From NCBI GenBank assembly GCA_963742735.1, contig CAVUMN010000004.1, positions 1,312,001 through 1,376,000 on the forward strand: DNA of 64,000 nt, in the 5' to 3' direction. Position numbers and translations under genes: made by a program. Shown here piece by piece: positions 1-9,501 of this stretch (position 1 is the stretch's first letter; each line of letters opens with the position of its first letter). This stretch comes from an uncultured Actinomycetes bacterium. Its GTDB lineage: Bacteria; Actinomycetota; UBA4738; JBBDTT01. Under the pieces are notes generated by a model, which saw only the letters and a list, made by a program, of their open reading frames with translations, had not been told where the DNA came from and ran no database searches.

Positions 1-697
1 CGCGTTCCGCGACTACTACCGCTACCTCGACAAGGAGGTCGGCTCGCTGCTCGAGCTGATCCCGCAGGACGCGGTGACGATCCTCATGTCCGATCACGGC
101 GCCCGGCCGATGGTGGGCGGGGTGTGCTTCAACGACTGGCTCCAGCGCGAGGGCTACCTGGCGCTTTCGAGCTCGCTCGACGGGCCGACCCCCATCGCCA
201 AGGCCCCGATCGACTGGTCGAAGACCATGGCCTGGGGCGACGGCGGCTACTACGGCCGCCTGTTCCTCAACGTGAAGGGCCGCGAGCCGCAGGGCGTCAT
301 CGAGCCGGCCGACTACGAGCGCGTCCGCGACGAGATGATCGCGAAGCTGGAGGCGATGCCGGACCACCAGGGCCGGCCGATGGGAACGATCGTCTACAAG
401 CCGGAGGACGTCTACGCCGAGGTCAATGGCGTCGCCCCCGACCTGATCGTCTACTTCGGCGACCTCGAGTGGCGATCGGTCGGGACGATCGGCACCGGCG
501 ACGTGTATACGTTCGAGAACGACACCGGCCCCGACGGCGCGAACCACGCGCAGTCCGGGGTGTTCGCGATGGCCGGCGCGCCGGGGCAGCCGAGCGGCCG
601 GCAGGAGGGTTTGCGTCTGGTGGACGTGGGCCCCACGATCATGAAGCTCTACGGGCTCGACGTGCCCGGAGACGCAACCGGAAGGAGCATGCTGTGA
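1..697 (+). CDS. Alkaline phosphatase / nucleotide pyrophosphatase family protein (5'-truncated by window edge)
   Basis: Frame is open from the window start. Contains MSDHG, D-W-x-x-T-x-A and C-terminal H...G(V)F...LVDVGPTI motifs. Stop overlaps the next start (GTGA 694-697). Confidence 0.75.
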   Translation, partial: AFRDYYRYLDKEVGSLLELIPQDAVTILMSDHGARPMVGGVCFNDWLQREGYLALSSSLDGPTPIAKAPIDWSKTMAWGDGGYYGRLFLNVKGREPQGVIEPADYERVRDEMIAKLEAMPDHQGRPMGTIVYKPEDVYAEVNGVAPDLIVYFGDLEWRSVGTIGTGDVYTFENDTGPDGANHAQSGVFAMAGAPGQPSGRQEGLRLVDVGPTIMKLYGLDVPGDATGRSML

Positions 698-1275
698 CGG
701 AGACGCAGGCGGCCACGAGGGAGCGGCCGATGAGGAACGGAGACGACCCGCGCGGGTTCTGTCTGTGGCTCACCGGGCTCTCGGGGGCGGGCAAGTCCAC
801 CCTCGCGGAGCTGCTGGTGGGCGAGCTCGCGCACCGCGAGGTGAGGACCGAGCTGCTGGACGGCGACATCGTCCGCACCAACCTCTCCAAGGGCCTCGGG
901 TTCTCCAAGGAGGACCGCGACACGAACATCCTGAGGATCGGCTTCGTCGCCCACCTGCTGCAGCGCAACGGGGTGGGCGTGGTCGTCTCCGCGATCTCGC
1001 CCTACAAGGACGTGCGCAACCAGTGCCGCGCGATGATGGGCGAGGACTTCATCGAGATCTACGTGAACGCGCCCCTGGACGTCTGCGAGTCACGCGACGT
1101 GAAGGGCCTCTACGCGAAGGCGCGGGCCGGTGAGCTCAAGGGCTTCACCGGGATCGACGACCCGTACGAGCCCCCGGACCACCCGGAGCTGGAGCTCCGG
1201 ACGGACGCCTTGTCGCCCACGGAGTGCCTGGCCAAGGTGCTGGGGCTCCTCGAGGAGAGGGGATACCTGCGATGA
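694..1275 (+). CDS. cysC: Adenylyl-sulfate (APS) kinase
   Basis: [13 protein letters not shown]-loop, [56 protein letters not shown] upstream of GTG 694. Confidence 0.95.
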   Translation: MTETQAATRERPMRNGDDPRGFCLWLTGLSGAGKSTLAELLVGELAHREVRTELLDGDIVRTNLSKGLGFSKEDRDTNILRIGFVAHLLQRNGVGVVVSAISPYKDVRNQCRAMMGEDFIEIYVNAPLDVCESRDVKGLYAKARAGELKGFTGIDDPYEPPDHPELELRTDALSPTECLAKVLGLLEERGYLR

Positions 1276-1934
1276 ACGGAAAGTCCGGACGCGGCGCTGG
1301 AATCGGCATGGTCCTGGGGGCGGTGGCGGTGATCGCCTCCGCCTTCCTGATGTGGTTCACCCTGACGATCGCCGGGGTCGGCGAGCAGGAGGTCAAGGGC
1401 GTCGGAGGCGAGGGCGGCTCGCTGGTCATGGCCCTCGGCGCGATCAGCCTCGCGGCCATCGTCCTGATCCTCGGTCTGATCCTGGCCGCGTTGGGACGGG
1501 GCCGCGGCCTCGCGATCGCCGGGCTGATCGTCTCGCTGTTCCTGGTCTTCGTGGGCGCGTACGCGTCCTTCGCACCCGAGGGCTCGATCGTGGCGTTCGA
1601 GGCCCGGGAGTTCGGCGAGGAGCTGGGGATCTCCGAGTCGGAGGCCAAGGAGGTGCTCCAGGACGCGTTCGACAACGGGGAGCTCTCGGCGACCGCCGGC
1701 ATCGGGGCCTACGTCGCCCTCGCCGGCGCGGCGATCGCCCTGATCTCCTCCATCGCGGGCATCGCCACGGCCGGACGGAAGCCCGCCGCGGCTGCGCCCG
1801 AGTATCCGCAGGCTCCGATGGCCGCGGCTCCACCGCCTCCGGCGGCCCCACCCGCGGCCCCACCCGCAGGCCCCCCGGCGCCTCCGCCGCCGCCGGGACC
1901 ACCGCCGGCTCCGCCGCAGGCACCGCCGCAGTAG
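1272..1934 (+). CDS. Hypothetical membrane protein (about 4 TM segments) with Pro/Ala-rich C-terminal tail
   Basis: ATGA overlap with cysC stop; hydrophobic segments; [12 protein letters not shown] tail. Confidence 0.75.
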   Translation: MNGKSGRGAGIGMVLGAVAVIASAFLMWFTLTIAGVGEQEVKGVGGEGGSLVMALGAISLAAIVLILGLILAALGRGRGLAIAGLIVSLFLVFVGAYASFAPEGSIVAFEAREFGEELGISESEAKEVLQDAFDNGELSATAGIGAYVALAGAAIALISSIAGIATAGRKPAAAAPEYPQAPMAAAPPPPAAPPAAPPAGPPAPPPPPGPPPAPPQAPPQ

Positions 1935-1961
1935 ACCGCGAGCCTCTCGAGGCAGGCGAGG

Positions 1962-1981
1962 GCCCGTTCTCACGAACGGGC
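1962..1981 (+). terminator. Hairpin downstream of cysC operon (possible terminator)
   Basis: GCCCGTTC-tcac-GAACGGGC perfect 8-bp stem; no clear U tract. Confidence 0.4.
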
Positions 1982-2024
1982 TGATGTGGGCTGGAAACTC
2001 CTCGACGCGGGGCGGATCGGCTGG

Positions 2025-2108
2025 TAACGTTCCGACATGGAGCATCCGGACGCCTGCCCTGACCCGGGCGGGCGTTTCGTGCATTCTGGGCCCACGCGAG
2101 CGCGGTAG
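2025..2108 (+). promoter_or_regulatory. Putative guaB3 leader: extended -10, 23-aa uORF and terminator-like hairpin
   Basis: TGG-TAACGT 2025-2030; ATG 2037 to TAG 2108; 10-bp stem 2050-2075 followed by TTCGT; the stop abuts the AGGAGG RBS. Confidence 0.4.
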
Positions 2109-2117
2109 GAGGCGACG

Positions 2118-3275
2118 TTGGAGATCGAGATCGGCAAGGGGAAGACCGCCCGGCGGGCGTACGGCTTCGACGACGTGGCGATCGTCCCGAGCCGGCGAAC
2201 GCGGGATCCCGACGACGTCGACATCAGCTGGGAGATCGACGCGTACCGCTTCGAGCTTCCCCTGATGGCCTCGGCCATGGACGGCGTGGTCAGCGTGGAG
2301 ACCGCCGTCCGCATCGGGCAGATGGGCGGCCTGGCCGTCCTGAACCTGGAGGGCCTTCAGACCCGGTACGAGGAGCCCGACCCCATCCTGGAGGAGATCG
2401 CCGCGCTGTCGCCCGAGAAGGCCACCCGCCGCATGCAGGAGCTCTACCAGGAGCCGATCAAGGACGAGCTCGTGGTTCGCCGGATCAAGGAGGTGAAGGA
2501 GGCGGGCGTCCTCGCCGCGGCCTCGCTCACCCCCCAGCGGACCACCCAGTTCGCGGGCCTGATCCTGGAGGCTGGCCTCGACGTCTTCGTGATCCAGGGC
2601 ACGGTCGTCTCGGCCGAGCACGTCTCGTCCAAGACGGAGCCGCTCAACCTGAAGGAGTTCATCGCCCGGTTCGAGATCCCCGTGATCGTGGGCGGGTGCG
2701 CGTCGTTCTCGACCGCGCTCCACCTCATGCGCACGGGCGCGGCCGGCATCCTGGTCGGGGTCGGCCCCGGGGCCGCGTGCACCACCCGTGGCGTCATCGG
2801 CGTGGGCGTACCCCAGGCCACGGCGATCGCCGACGCGGCCGCCGCGCGCATGGAGCACCTGCGCGAGACCGGCCGGTACTGCCATGTGATCGCCGACGGA
2901 GGCATGCGGACCGGCGGCGACATCGCGAAGGCGATCGCCATGGGAGCCGACGCCGTGATGCTCGGCTCGCCCCTCGCCCGGGCCTACGAGGCGCCCGGCC
3001 GCGGCTACCACTGGGGGATGGCGACGTTCCACCCGAGCCTGCCTCGGGGGACCCGCGTGGCCACCAAGCAGATCGGGACCCTCGAGGAGATCCTGCTCGG
3101 CCCGGCGCACGAGAACGACGGCACGCTGAATCTGTTCGGGGCCCTGCGCATGTCGATGGCCACGACGGGTTACGCCAACGTGAAGGAGTTCCAGAAGGCC
3201 GAGGTGATCGTGGCGCCCGCCATCAAGACCGAGGGGAAGGACCTCCAGCGGGCCCAGCACGTCGGCATGGGGTGA
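2118..3275 (+). CDS. guaB3: GuaB3-type IMP dehydrogenase family protein
   Basis: [63 protein letters not shown]; AGGAGG RBS; adjacent to guaA. Confidence 0.92.
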   Translation: MEIEIGKGKTARRAYGFDDVAIVPSRRTRDPDDVDISWEIDAYRFELPLMASAMDGVVSVETAVRIGQMGGLAVLNLEGLQTRYEEPDPILEEIAALSPEKATRRMQELYQEPIKDELVVRRIKEVKEAGVLAAASLTPQRTTQFAGLILEAGLDVFVIQGTVVSAEHVSSKTEPLNLKEFIARFEIPVIVGGCASFSTALHLMRTGAAGILVGVGPGAACTTRGVIGVGVPQATAIADAAAARMEHLRETGRYCHVIADGGMRTGGDIAKAIAMGADAVMLGSPLARAYEAPGRGYHWGMATFHPSLPRGTRVATKQIGTLEEILLGPAHENDGTLNLFGALRMSMATTGYANVKEFQKAEVIVAPAIKTEGKDLQRAQHVGMG

Positions 3276-3279
3276 GCCG

Positions 3280-4818
3280 GTGACCGACGAGCCGAGGCCC
3301 GTCCTGGTCGTCGACTTCGGCGCGCAGTACGCGCAGCTGATCGCGCGCCGCGTCCGCGAGTGCAACGTCTACTCCGAGATCGTCCCGCACGACATCCCCG
3401 TGGCGGAGCTCCGCCGCCGCCGCCCGGCCGGTCTGATCCTGTCGGGGGGCCCGATGAGCGTGTACGAGGAGGGCGCCCCGCAGCTCAACCCGGAGTTCCT
3501 AGAGACCGGCGTCCCCGTCCTGGGCATCTGTTACGGCCAGCAGGCCATGACCCGGGCGCTGGGAGGCGAGGTGGCCCACAGCGGGATCCGGGAGTACGGC
3601 AAGACCGAACTGACCGTGACGACGCCGGGCGTCCTGCTCCGAGACCTCCCCACCGAGCAGATCGTCTGGATGAGCCACGGCGACGCCGTGACCCGGCCTC
3701 CCGAAGGGTTCCGCCCCACCGCCAGCACCGACGCCTCGCCGGTGGCGGCCATGGAGGACCCCGAGCGCGGACTGTTCGGCGTGCAGTTCCACCCCGAGGT
3801 GGCGCACACCCCGCGCGGGCTCGACGTCATGAAGCGGTTCCTGCACGACGCCTGCGGGCTCCTGCCGGACTGGACGCCGATCACCGTGGTCGAGCGCGCC
3901 GTCGAGCAGGTCCGGGCGCAGGTGGGGGACCAGGAGGTCCTGTGCGCGCTCTCGGGCGGCGTGGACTCGGCGGTGGCGGCACTGCTGGTCCACCGAGCGG
4001 TGGGGGAGCGCCTGACGTGCGTGTTCGTCGACACCGGCCTGCTGCGTCTGGGCGAGCCCGAGCAGGTCGAGGAGACCTTCCGCGGCCACTTCGGCATCGA
4101 CCTGGTGCACGTGAAGGCCGAGGACCGGTTCCTGGGACGACTCGCGGGCGTGACCGACCCGGAGGACAAGCGCAAGGCGATCGGCGAGGAGTTCATCCGG
4201 GTCTTCGAGGAGGTGGCCCGCGATCACACCGGCGCCCGCTTCCTGGTCCAGGGAACCCTGTATCCCGACGTCATCGAGTCCGGGACCCGCGACGCCGCGA
4301 AGATCAAGAGCCACCACAACGTGGGCGGGCTCCCTGAGGACATGGACTTCGACCTGGTCGAGCCCCTGCGCGACCTGTTCAAGGACGAGGTCCGAAAGGT
4401 GGGACAGGAGCTCGGTCTGCCCGAGGAGATCGTGTGGCGCCAGCCGTTCCCCGGTCCGGGCCTGGCGGTGCGCATCATCGGCGAGGTCACCAAGGAGCGC
4501 CTGGAGATCCTCCGCGGGGCCGACGCGGTGGTCCAGGAGGAGATCCGCCGCGCCGGCCTGACCCGGGAGCTGTGGCAGGCGTTCGCGGTGCTCCCGGCGA
4601 TCCGCAGCGTCGGGGTCATGGGCGACGGCCGCACGTACGCCTACCCCATCGCGGTACGCGCGGTCACGAGCGAGGACGCGATGACCGCCGACTGGGCCCG
4701 GCTGCCCTACGAGGTCCTGGAGCGCATCTCCAGCCGGCTGGTGGCCGAGGTGGCCGGGGTCAACCGGGTGGTCTACGACATCTCGTCGAAGCCGCCGTCC
4801 ACCATCGAGTGGGAATGA
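3280..4818 (+). CDS. guaA: GMP synthase (glutamine-hydrolysing)
   Basis: [52 protein letters not shown]. Confidence 0.98.
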   Translation: MTDEPRPVLVVDFGAQYAQLIARRVRECNVYSEIVPHDIPVAELRRRRPAGLILSGGPMSVYEEGAPQLNPEFLETGVPVLGICYGQQAMTRALGGEVAHSGIREYGKTELTVTTPGVLLRDLPTEQIVWMSHGDAVTRPPEGFRPTASTDASPVAAMEDPERGLFGVQFHPEVAHTPRGLDVMKRFLHDACGLLPDWTPITVVERAVEQVRAQVGDQEVLCALSGGVDSAVAALLVHRAVGERLTCVFVDTGLLRLGEPEQVEETFRGHFGIDLVHVKAEDRFLGRLAGVTDPEDKRKAIGEEFIRVFEEVARDHTGARFLVQGTLYPDVIESGTRDAAKIKSHHNVGGLPEDMDFDLVEPLRDLFKDEVRKVGQELGLPEEIVWRQPFPGPGLAVRIIGEVTKERLEILRGADAVVQEEIRRAGLTRELWQAFAVLPAIRSVGVMGDGRTYAYPIAVRAVTSEDAMTADWARLPYEVLERISSRLVAEVAGVNRVVYDISSKPPSTIEWE

Positions 4819-5090
4819 CCGCCTCGCCGCTGCGGATCCCCGACGACGTGGTGTTCGAGGTGCTCGGGGAGGACACGGTGCTCCTGCAGCTCGAGAGCGG
4901 CGACTACTTCACGCTGAACGGCTCCGCCACGCGGGCGTGGCAGCTCATCGAGGAGCACGGCGACCTGGATCGCGTCCGCCAGGCGATGCTCGCCGAGTAC
5001 GAGGTGCCCCACGACCAGCTGAACGCCGACCTCGACCGGCTTGTGGGAGACCTCGTTGAGCGCGGCCTCCTCGACCGGTCCTCCGGCTGA
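4815..5090 (+). CDS. PqqD-family RiPP recognition element (lasso B1 protein)
   Basis: 91 aa: [34 protein letters not shown]...EYEV...[19 protein letters not shown] overlap with guaA stop. Confidence 0.9.
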   Translation: MTASPLRIPDDVVFEVLGEDTVLLQLESGDYFTLNGSATRAWQLIEEHGDLDRVRQAMLAEYEVPHDQLNADLDRLVGDLVERGLLDRSSG

Positions 5091-5556
5091 GCCCCGGCCC
5101 CGGCGCGGCGCGGCCGGGGCGCTGGGCGCCTTCCTCCGACGGACCCCCGGCGAGCGGGCCGCGGTCGTGCGCGCCCTCCCGGCGCTCGCCCGGGTGGAGC
5201 TCGGCCTCCGCGGGCACGCCCCGCTGCCCGAGCTCGCCGCGCGGCTGGGGATCCGACTGGGCACGGATCCCACCGAGCGCCCGCGGCGGGGCGCCCCGCT
5301 CTCGGAGCGCGAGCGGCTGGACGTCGACGCGGCGCGGCGGATGGTGCGGCGGGTCCCCGCCGAGGCCCGGTGCCTCCGCCGCGCGCTCCTGGTCGGCCAC
5401 GCCCTGCGGGCGCGCGACCCGGTGCTCCGGATCGGGGCGGCCAAGCACGACGGCCACATCCACGCCCACGCGTGGATCGAGGTCGGCGGCCAGGTCCCCG
5501 AGGACACCGAGCACGGCGTGACGTTCCTGCCACTCCGACGGGCCCGGGGCTCGTGA
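5056..5556 (+). CDS. Lasso peptide leader peptidase (B2, transglutaminase-like)
   Basis: RCLRRAL...LRIG...HIHAHAWIEVGG catalytic Cys/His motif. Start uncertain (TTG 5041 or 5056). Confidence 0.88.
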   Translation: MSAASSTGPPAEPRPRRGAAGALGAFLRRTPGERAAVVRALPALARVELGLRGHAPLPELAARLGIRLGTDPTERPRRGAPLSERERLDVDAARRMVRRVPAEARCLRRALLVGHALRARDPVLRIGAAKHDGHIHAHAWIEVGGQVPEDTEHGVTFLPLRRARGS

Positions 5557-6476
5557 GCGAGGTCTACCTGGTCCACGGGTTCCGGATGGAATCCGACGTG
5601 GAGCTGCCCGCGCCGCGGACGGACGGTCGGGTGGACCTGTCGGTCACGGTGGAGGATCCCCGTCCGGTCGCGGACGCGCCGCCGCCCGGGAGGGTGCTCG
5701 CGTCCGTCGAGGAGGACGGGTTCACCTACACGGTGACCGACGACGGGGGCACCCTGCGGGTGCGGGTGCCTCGCTTCGCCGAATTCGAGGTGGACCCGGA
5801 GCGGCGGCGGGCGCGGATGCATCGCGACCCGTCGGCCGACGCGGGGATCGAGTCGATCCTCATCTGTGGATCCCTCCCGGCGGCCCTGCTCGCCGAGGCG
5901 GGGGCCTGCGTCCTTCACGGGAGCGCGGTCCAAGCCGGCGGCCGCGCGGTCGCCTTCGTCGGTGGTTCCGGCGGGGGCAAGTCCACGCTCGCGGCGGTGC
6001 TGTGCGCCGCGGGCGCCAGGCTGATCACGGACGACCTGCTTCGACTGATCGTGGACGGCGACGAGGTCCGCGCGGCCGCCGGGCCCCCCGAGATCCGGCT
6101 GCGGCCGGCGGCGGCTCAGCTGGCGGCGGGCCTGGCGGGTGAGGCGTCGCAGACCGCGGACGGCCGTACGGCGGTCCGCGTGGAGGAGGGCGCCGAGTCG
6201 CCGCTCGCGACGATCATCATCCCGTCGCCCGATCGTGAGATCGCGGAGGTGCACGCCGAGCGTCTGAGCGGGGCGGAGGCGCTGGTGGAGCTTGGGCGCT
6301 ACCCGCGGGCGGCGGGGTGGCGACCCCCGGAGGTTCGGGCCGCGCGGTTCAGGGCGCTGGCCCAGGTCTCGCGGGCCGTCCCCGTGTTCCGGGCGCGGAT
6401 CCCCTGGGGCCCCCCGTTCGCCGAGGACCTGGCGGAGGCGCTGCTCGGGCTGGCCGGACTCGGGGTGCCACGTTGA
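5553..6476 (+). CDS. HPr-kinase-like kinase (lasso peptide tailoring kinase)
   Basis: VLHGSAV, P-loop GGSGGGKSTLA, LITDD motifs; GTGA overlap with B2 stop. Confidence 0.85.
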   Translation: MSEVYLVHGFRMESDVELPAPRTDGRVDLSVTVEDPRPVADAPPPGRVLASVEEDGFTYTVTDDGGTLRVRVPRFAEFEVDPERRRARMHRDPSADAGIESILICGSLPAALLAEAGACVLHGSAVQAGGRAVAFVGGSGGGKSTLAAVLCAAGARLITDDLLRLIVDGDEVRAAAGPPEIRLRPAAAQLAAGLAGEASQTADGRTAVRVEEGAESPLATIIIPSPDREIAEVHAERLSGAEALVELGRYPRAAGWRPPEVRAARFRALAQVSRAVPVFRARIPWGPPFAEDLAEALLGLAGLGVPR

Positions 6477-8230
6477 GCCTGCGGCCCCTCAGCGACCTGC
6501 TCGCGGTCCGCTCGCCCGATCCCGGCCGGCTGGAGGCGCTCGAGGGCGAGCTCCGGTCGAGCGGCCGGTTCGCGCAGGTGTGGCGCCCGGCACCCGGCTG
6601 GGTGGTGGCCGCCGCGCCGCTGCCGGACTCGGACGCGGACGGTGAGGCGGTCCGGGGGGCCGGGCTGGCTTTCGTCGAGGGGCGCGAGGTCGTGGGTGCC
6701 GACGATCCCGGCCGGGCGATCGAGATCGCCCACCGCGCGGCGCACGCGCCGGCGACACTCGACGGCCTTCCCGGAGACTTCACGTTCCTGGCGTTCGGCA
6801 CCGATGGCTCGCTGACCGTGGTCCGGGCGGCGGCGGGTCTCGCCCCCCTCTACGTCACGGGGGAGGGGGCGGTGGCCAGCCGGATGGACCTCCTCCTCCG
6901 GTTCGGCCTCGCCGAGCCGGACCTGGACCCGCTGCCGAACGCGATGTGGCTCACGGGTTTCGCGCTGTTCCCCGACGGCCGAAGCCTGATCGCGGGGGTC
7001 CATGTGGTCGAGCGGGGGTCCTACTGGCGCATCGGCCCGGGCGGCGAGCGAAGCTCCGGCGTCTACTGGAATCCGCGCGCGCAGGAGCTGGCCCCGCCAA
7101 CGCCGGCCGTCCTCGAGGAACGGTCGGCGCGCCTCCGGGAGATCCTGGTCGAGCGCCTGACCGCCGACCTCGATCCACGGGAGGGGAACCTGCTGTCGCT
7201 CTCCGGCGGGATGGACTCCTCGTCGCTGCTGGCGCTGGCCGCCGGGACCCTCGGGCTGCCGGTGGCCGCCCTGTCGTTGCTGCCGGAACGGGGTCCCGCG
7301 GTGGACCGTGAGCTCGGCTACATCCGGGCGGCGTCCGAGCGCGGTCCGCTGGCCGAGCACTTCCAGTACCCCATGAGCGTCGAGTTCCGGCGCCGCCTTC
7401 GCCGGTCGGCCCCCGCGGTGGCGGTCCAGTGCCTGCACCCGATCCTGATGGTCCTGCCGGAGGTGCTCGAGCGGTGGCCGGTCCGGGTGCTGTTCGGTGG
7501 CGAGTCGGGGGACGACATCGCCGGCTCGCACTACACGATGGAGGACTGGGTCCACCACACCTCCCTCTCACGCCTGCTGGGCTCCGTCGGGCGGTTCCCG
7601 CACGGGCCCCAGGACGTGGCGCGTTGGCTGAAGTGGCGGTCGGAACGCCTCCGGGGGAGGCCGCGGCTCCCGTTCCCGGATCGCCTGGCGCCGTGGACGC
7701 ACCCGGACGTCCAGACGGAGTACCGGGCGTGGGTCGCCGACCGGCGCCGGGAGCTCCTGGACGACGAGCTGCCCCGGCCGAACTTCGCGATGCGGGACCG
7801 GATGGACGGTTGGCTGGCGATGAACTGGGAGGTGACCGCGACACTCGGCGTGCGGCGGTCGATCCCGTTCTACAACCGGGCGAGCGTCGAGCTGGCCTTC
7901 GGCACCCATCCCCGGACCCTGGTGGGACCGGGTATGAAGCGCCTGCTCAGGCGGGGGCTGGCCGCCGACGTCCCGCGGGTCGTCCTGGAGCGCCCGGACA
8001 AGGGGGGGTGGGGCTCCGCCGTCGAGCCCGAGCCGGCGTCCGTCCCGGAGGAACCGATGGACCTCTCCCTTGGGTCCATCCTGCATCCGAACCGCCTGGC
8101 GTCTCCCTCGCCGCCGGTCGATTCGGCCGAGGCGAGCCGCCTGTCGGTGCTCGTCCGATTCCTGGAGGGGGCGCGGGCGGCCCGTGCGGGTGATCCGACG
8201 GCTTCGCCGCGTGGCGGCGGATCTTCTTGA
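6473..8230 (+). CDS. Lasso cyclase (asparagine-synthetase-like isopeptide ligase)
   Basis: LSLSGGMDSSSL ATP-binding loop, GGESGDD, RSIPFYN, KRLLRRGL...RPDK. No N-terminal catalytic Cys. TTGA overlap with kinase stop. Confidence 0.88.
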   Translation: MSLRPLSDLLAVRSPDPGRLEALEGELRSSGRFAQVWRPAPGWVVAAAPLPDSDADGEAVRGAGLAFVEGREVVGADDPGRAIEIAHRAAHAPATLDGLPGDFTFLAFGTDGSLTVVRAAAGLAPLYVTGEGAVASRMDLLLRFGLAEPDLDPLPNAMWLTGFALFPDGRSLIAGVHVVERGSYWRIGPGGERSSGVYWNPRAQELAPPTPAVLEERSARLREILVERLTADLDPREGNLLSLSGGMDSSSLLALAAGTLGLPVAALSLLPERGPAVDRELGYIRAASERGPLAEHFQYPMSVEFRRRLRRSAPAVAVQCLHPILMVLPEVLERWPVRVLFGGESGDDIAGSHYTMEDWVHHTSLSRLLGSVGRFPHGPQDVARWLKWRSERLRGRPRLPFPDRLAPWTHPDVQTEYRAWVADRRRELLDDELPRPNFAMRDRMDGWLAMNWEVTATLGVRRSIPFYNRASVELAFGTHPRTLVGPGMKRLLRRGLAADVPRVVLERPDKGGWGSAVEPEPASVPEEPMDLSLGSILHPNRLASPSPPVDSAEASRLSVLVRFLEGARAARAGDPTASPRGGGSS

Positions 8231-8255
8231 CACTGTTCAGCACAGCCCCTACTGT
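8227..8255 (+). promoter_or_regulatory. Sigma70-type promoter for the lasso precursor gene
   Basis: TTGACA (8227-8232), 17-nt spacer, TACTGT (8250-8255); GAGGAG RBS at 8276-8281. Confidence 0.7.
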
Positions 8256-8289
8256 CCTCGGGACTTCCGGCCCACGAGGAGTTCGCCCC

Positions 8290-8427
8290 ATGGAAAGCCA
8301 GACCGAGCAGGAAGAGGCGCGCAAGCCGTACGAACCCCCGGCCGTGCGTGAGCTCGGCAAGGTCGCGGAGATCACCCACGGGATCAACGCCCTTCCGGGC
8401 AGCGACAACACGGTCGCCAGCGTCTAG
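8290..8427 (+). CDS. Lasso peptide precursor (45 aa; predicted core GINALPGSDNTVASV)
   Basis: MESQTEQEEARKPYEPPAVRELGKVAEITH|GINALPGSDNTVASV: YxxPx(V/L) leader motif, LG, Thr at -2, Gly1 and Asp9. RBS 8 nt upstream. Confidence 0.9.
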   Translation: MESQTEQEEARKPYEPPAVRELGKVAEITHGINALPGSDNTVASV

Positions 8428-8433
8428 AGCTCC

Positions 8434-9495
8434 TCAGCCCGACGCGTCACGGCGCCACACGGCCCGTCCGATCCACGCTCGAAACGCCCTCCAGTCCATG
8501 CGGCCGTTCGCGTCCCTGAACCGGCGCGGATCGAGCCGGCCGATCGCGTAGACCAGGCCCTCACGGGGCCCCAGCTCCCGGATCCTGGCGATCTGCAGCC
8601 GCACGCCTCTGGCGTCGGTCTGGCGGGCTTCCGCGAGCCGCCCCCGTGGCGCCGGCGTGGGCCGGGCCCCCCACCTGGGCTCGCCCAGGGCACGCTCGGC
8701 GGCGGCCAGGGCGTCCTCCAGGGCCCATCCGACCCCGTGGCGCCCCGCGAGCTCCCGCGCGGTCTCGACGTCGCCTGGCAGGCCGAGCTCCACGAAGTCC
8801 ATCACCCACTGGTACCGGAACGTCTCGGGCGGGTGATGGGCCAGGTGGACGGCCAGGGCCATCAGCTGCGCGGGCGCCGAGAGCCTCAGCAGGCCGTCGT
8901 CCCCCGGGTCGGCGTGCGCCGCGAGCGCCGCGTGGTCCAGTCCCCGGGCGCGACGCTCGGCGAACAGCCGCCAGTGCATCTCGACGGCGATCGGCGCGCC
9001 GGGGCCCGGTCGCGTGAAGACCAGGTGGTGGTGATAGCGCAGGGCCGACCGCGTCTCCCACGCGGTCGGCCCCGTGTAGCCGATCCCTTCCAGCGCCGTT
9101 CTCCACGCGGGAAGGTCGTCCACGGGAACCAGGAGGTCGACGTCGACGAACGTCCGGATCGCGGGATCGGCGTAGCGGGAGGCCACCGCGGGCCCCTTCA
9201 GCAGGATGGCCGTCGCGGCCTCGGGCGGAGCGGCCCCCGCCACGCGCCGCGCCTCCAGCCCGAGCACCGTGGCCAGTGCCCGGGCGGAGCCCCAGTCGTC
9301 GCGGAGCCCGGCCAGGACGGGCTCCGGCAGGCGCAGCCCCTCGGCCCTCGAGACCACCAGCCCGGAGAGGCCGTGGCGCGCCGCGCGTCCCCGGAGTGCC
9401 TCCGACGCCCCGGCGCCGAGGGCCCCGGGGTTCCGGCCCCCCACCAGGGCCTCGAGGTACCGGTCCGCCTCGTCCTCGGCCTCGACGGTTCCCAT
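8434..9495 (-). CDS. Nucleotidyltransferase family protein (NTP_transf_5-like), lasso-associated
   Basis: ILLKGPAVA..Y....R.FVDVDLLV and VEMHWRL motifs; convergent on the precursor gene. Confidence 0.82.
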   Translation of the reverse strand: MGTVEAEDEADRYLEALVGGRNPGALGAGASEALRGRAARHGLSGLVVSRAEGLRLPEPVLAGLRDDWGSARALATVLGLEARRVAGAAPPEAATAILLKGPAVASRYADPAIRTFVDVDLLVPVDDLPAWRTALEGIGYTGPTAWETRSALRYHHHLVFTRPGPGAPIAVEMHWRLFAERRARGLDHAALAAHADPGDDGLLRLSAPAQLMALAVHLAHHPPETFRYQWVMDFVELGLPGDVETARELAGRHGVGWALEDALAAAERALGEPRWGARPTPAPRGRLAEARQTDARGVRLQIARIRELGPREGLVYAIGRLDPRRFRDANGRMDWRAFRAWIGRAVWRRDASG

Positions 9496-9501
9496 CCGAT
9501 C

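Noticed and set aside
1-1275. cysC and the phosphatase-family gene as part of the lasso cluster (sulfation)
   Set aside because: They are separated from the cluster by a hairpin, a promoter and guaB3-guaA, and no sulfotransferase is seen in the window.
1790-1931. Repetitive CCG-rich tracts (also near 23600-23730 and 25230-25300)
   Set aside because: They encode Pro/Ala-rich linkers. No regular repeat-spacer structure, so not CRISPR or a tandem-repeat element.
1110-3365. Long antisense or alternate-frame ORFs (this one, most of 10293-13445, 41048-44092, 61099-63747 and others)
   Set aside because: They are shadow frames of well-supported genes in high-GC DNA and carry no recognisable motifs.
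4815-5090. PQQ, mycofactocin or radical-SAM RiPP pathway suggested by the PqqD domain
   Set aside because: No radical SAM enzyme is present; the B2 peptidase, cyclase and precursor fit a lasso pathway.
6473-8230. Housekeeping asparagine synthetase AsnB
   Set aside because: It lacks the N-terminal catalytic Cys of the glutaminase domain and sits among lasso genes.
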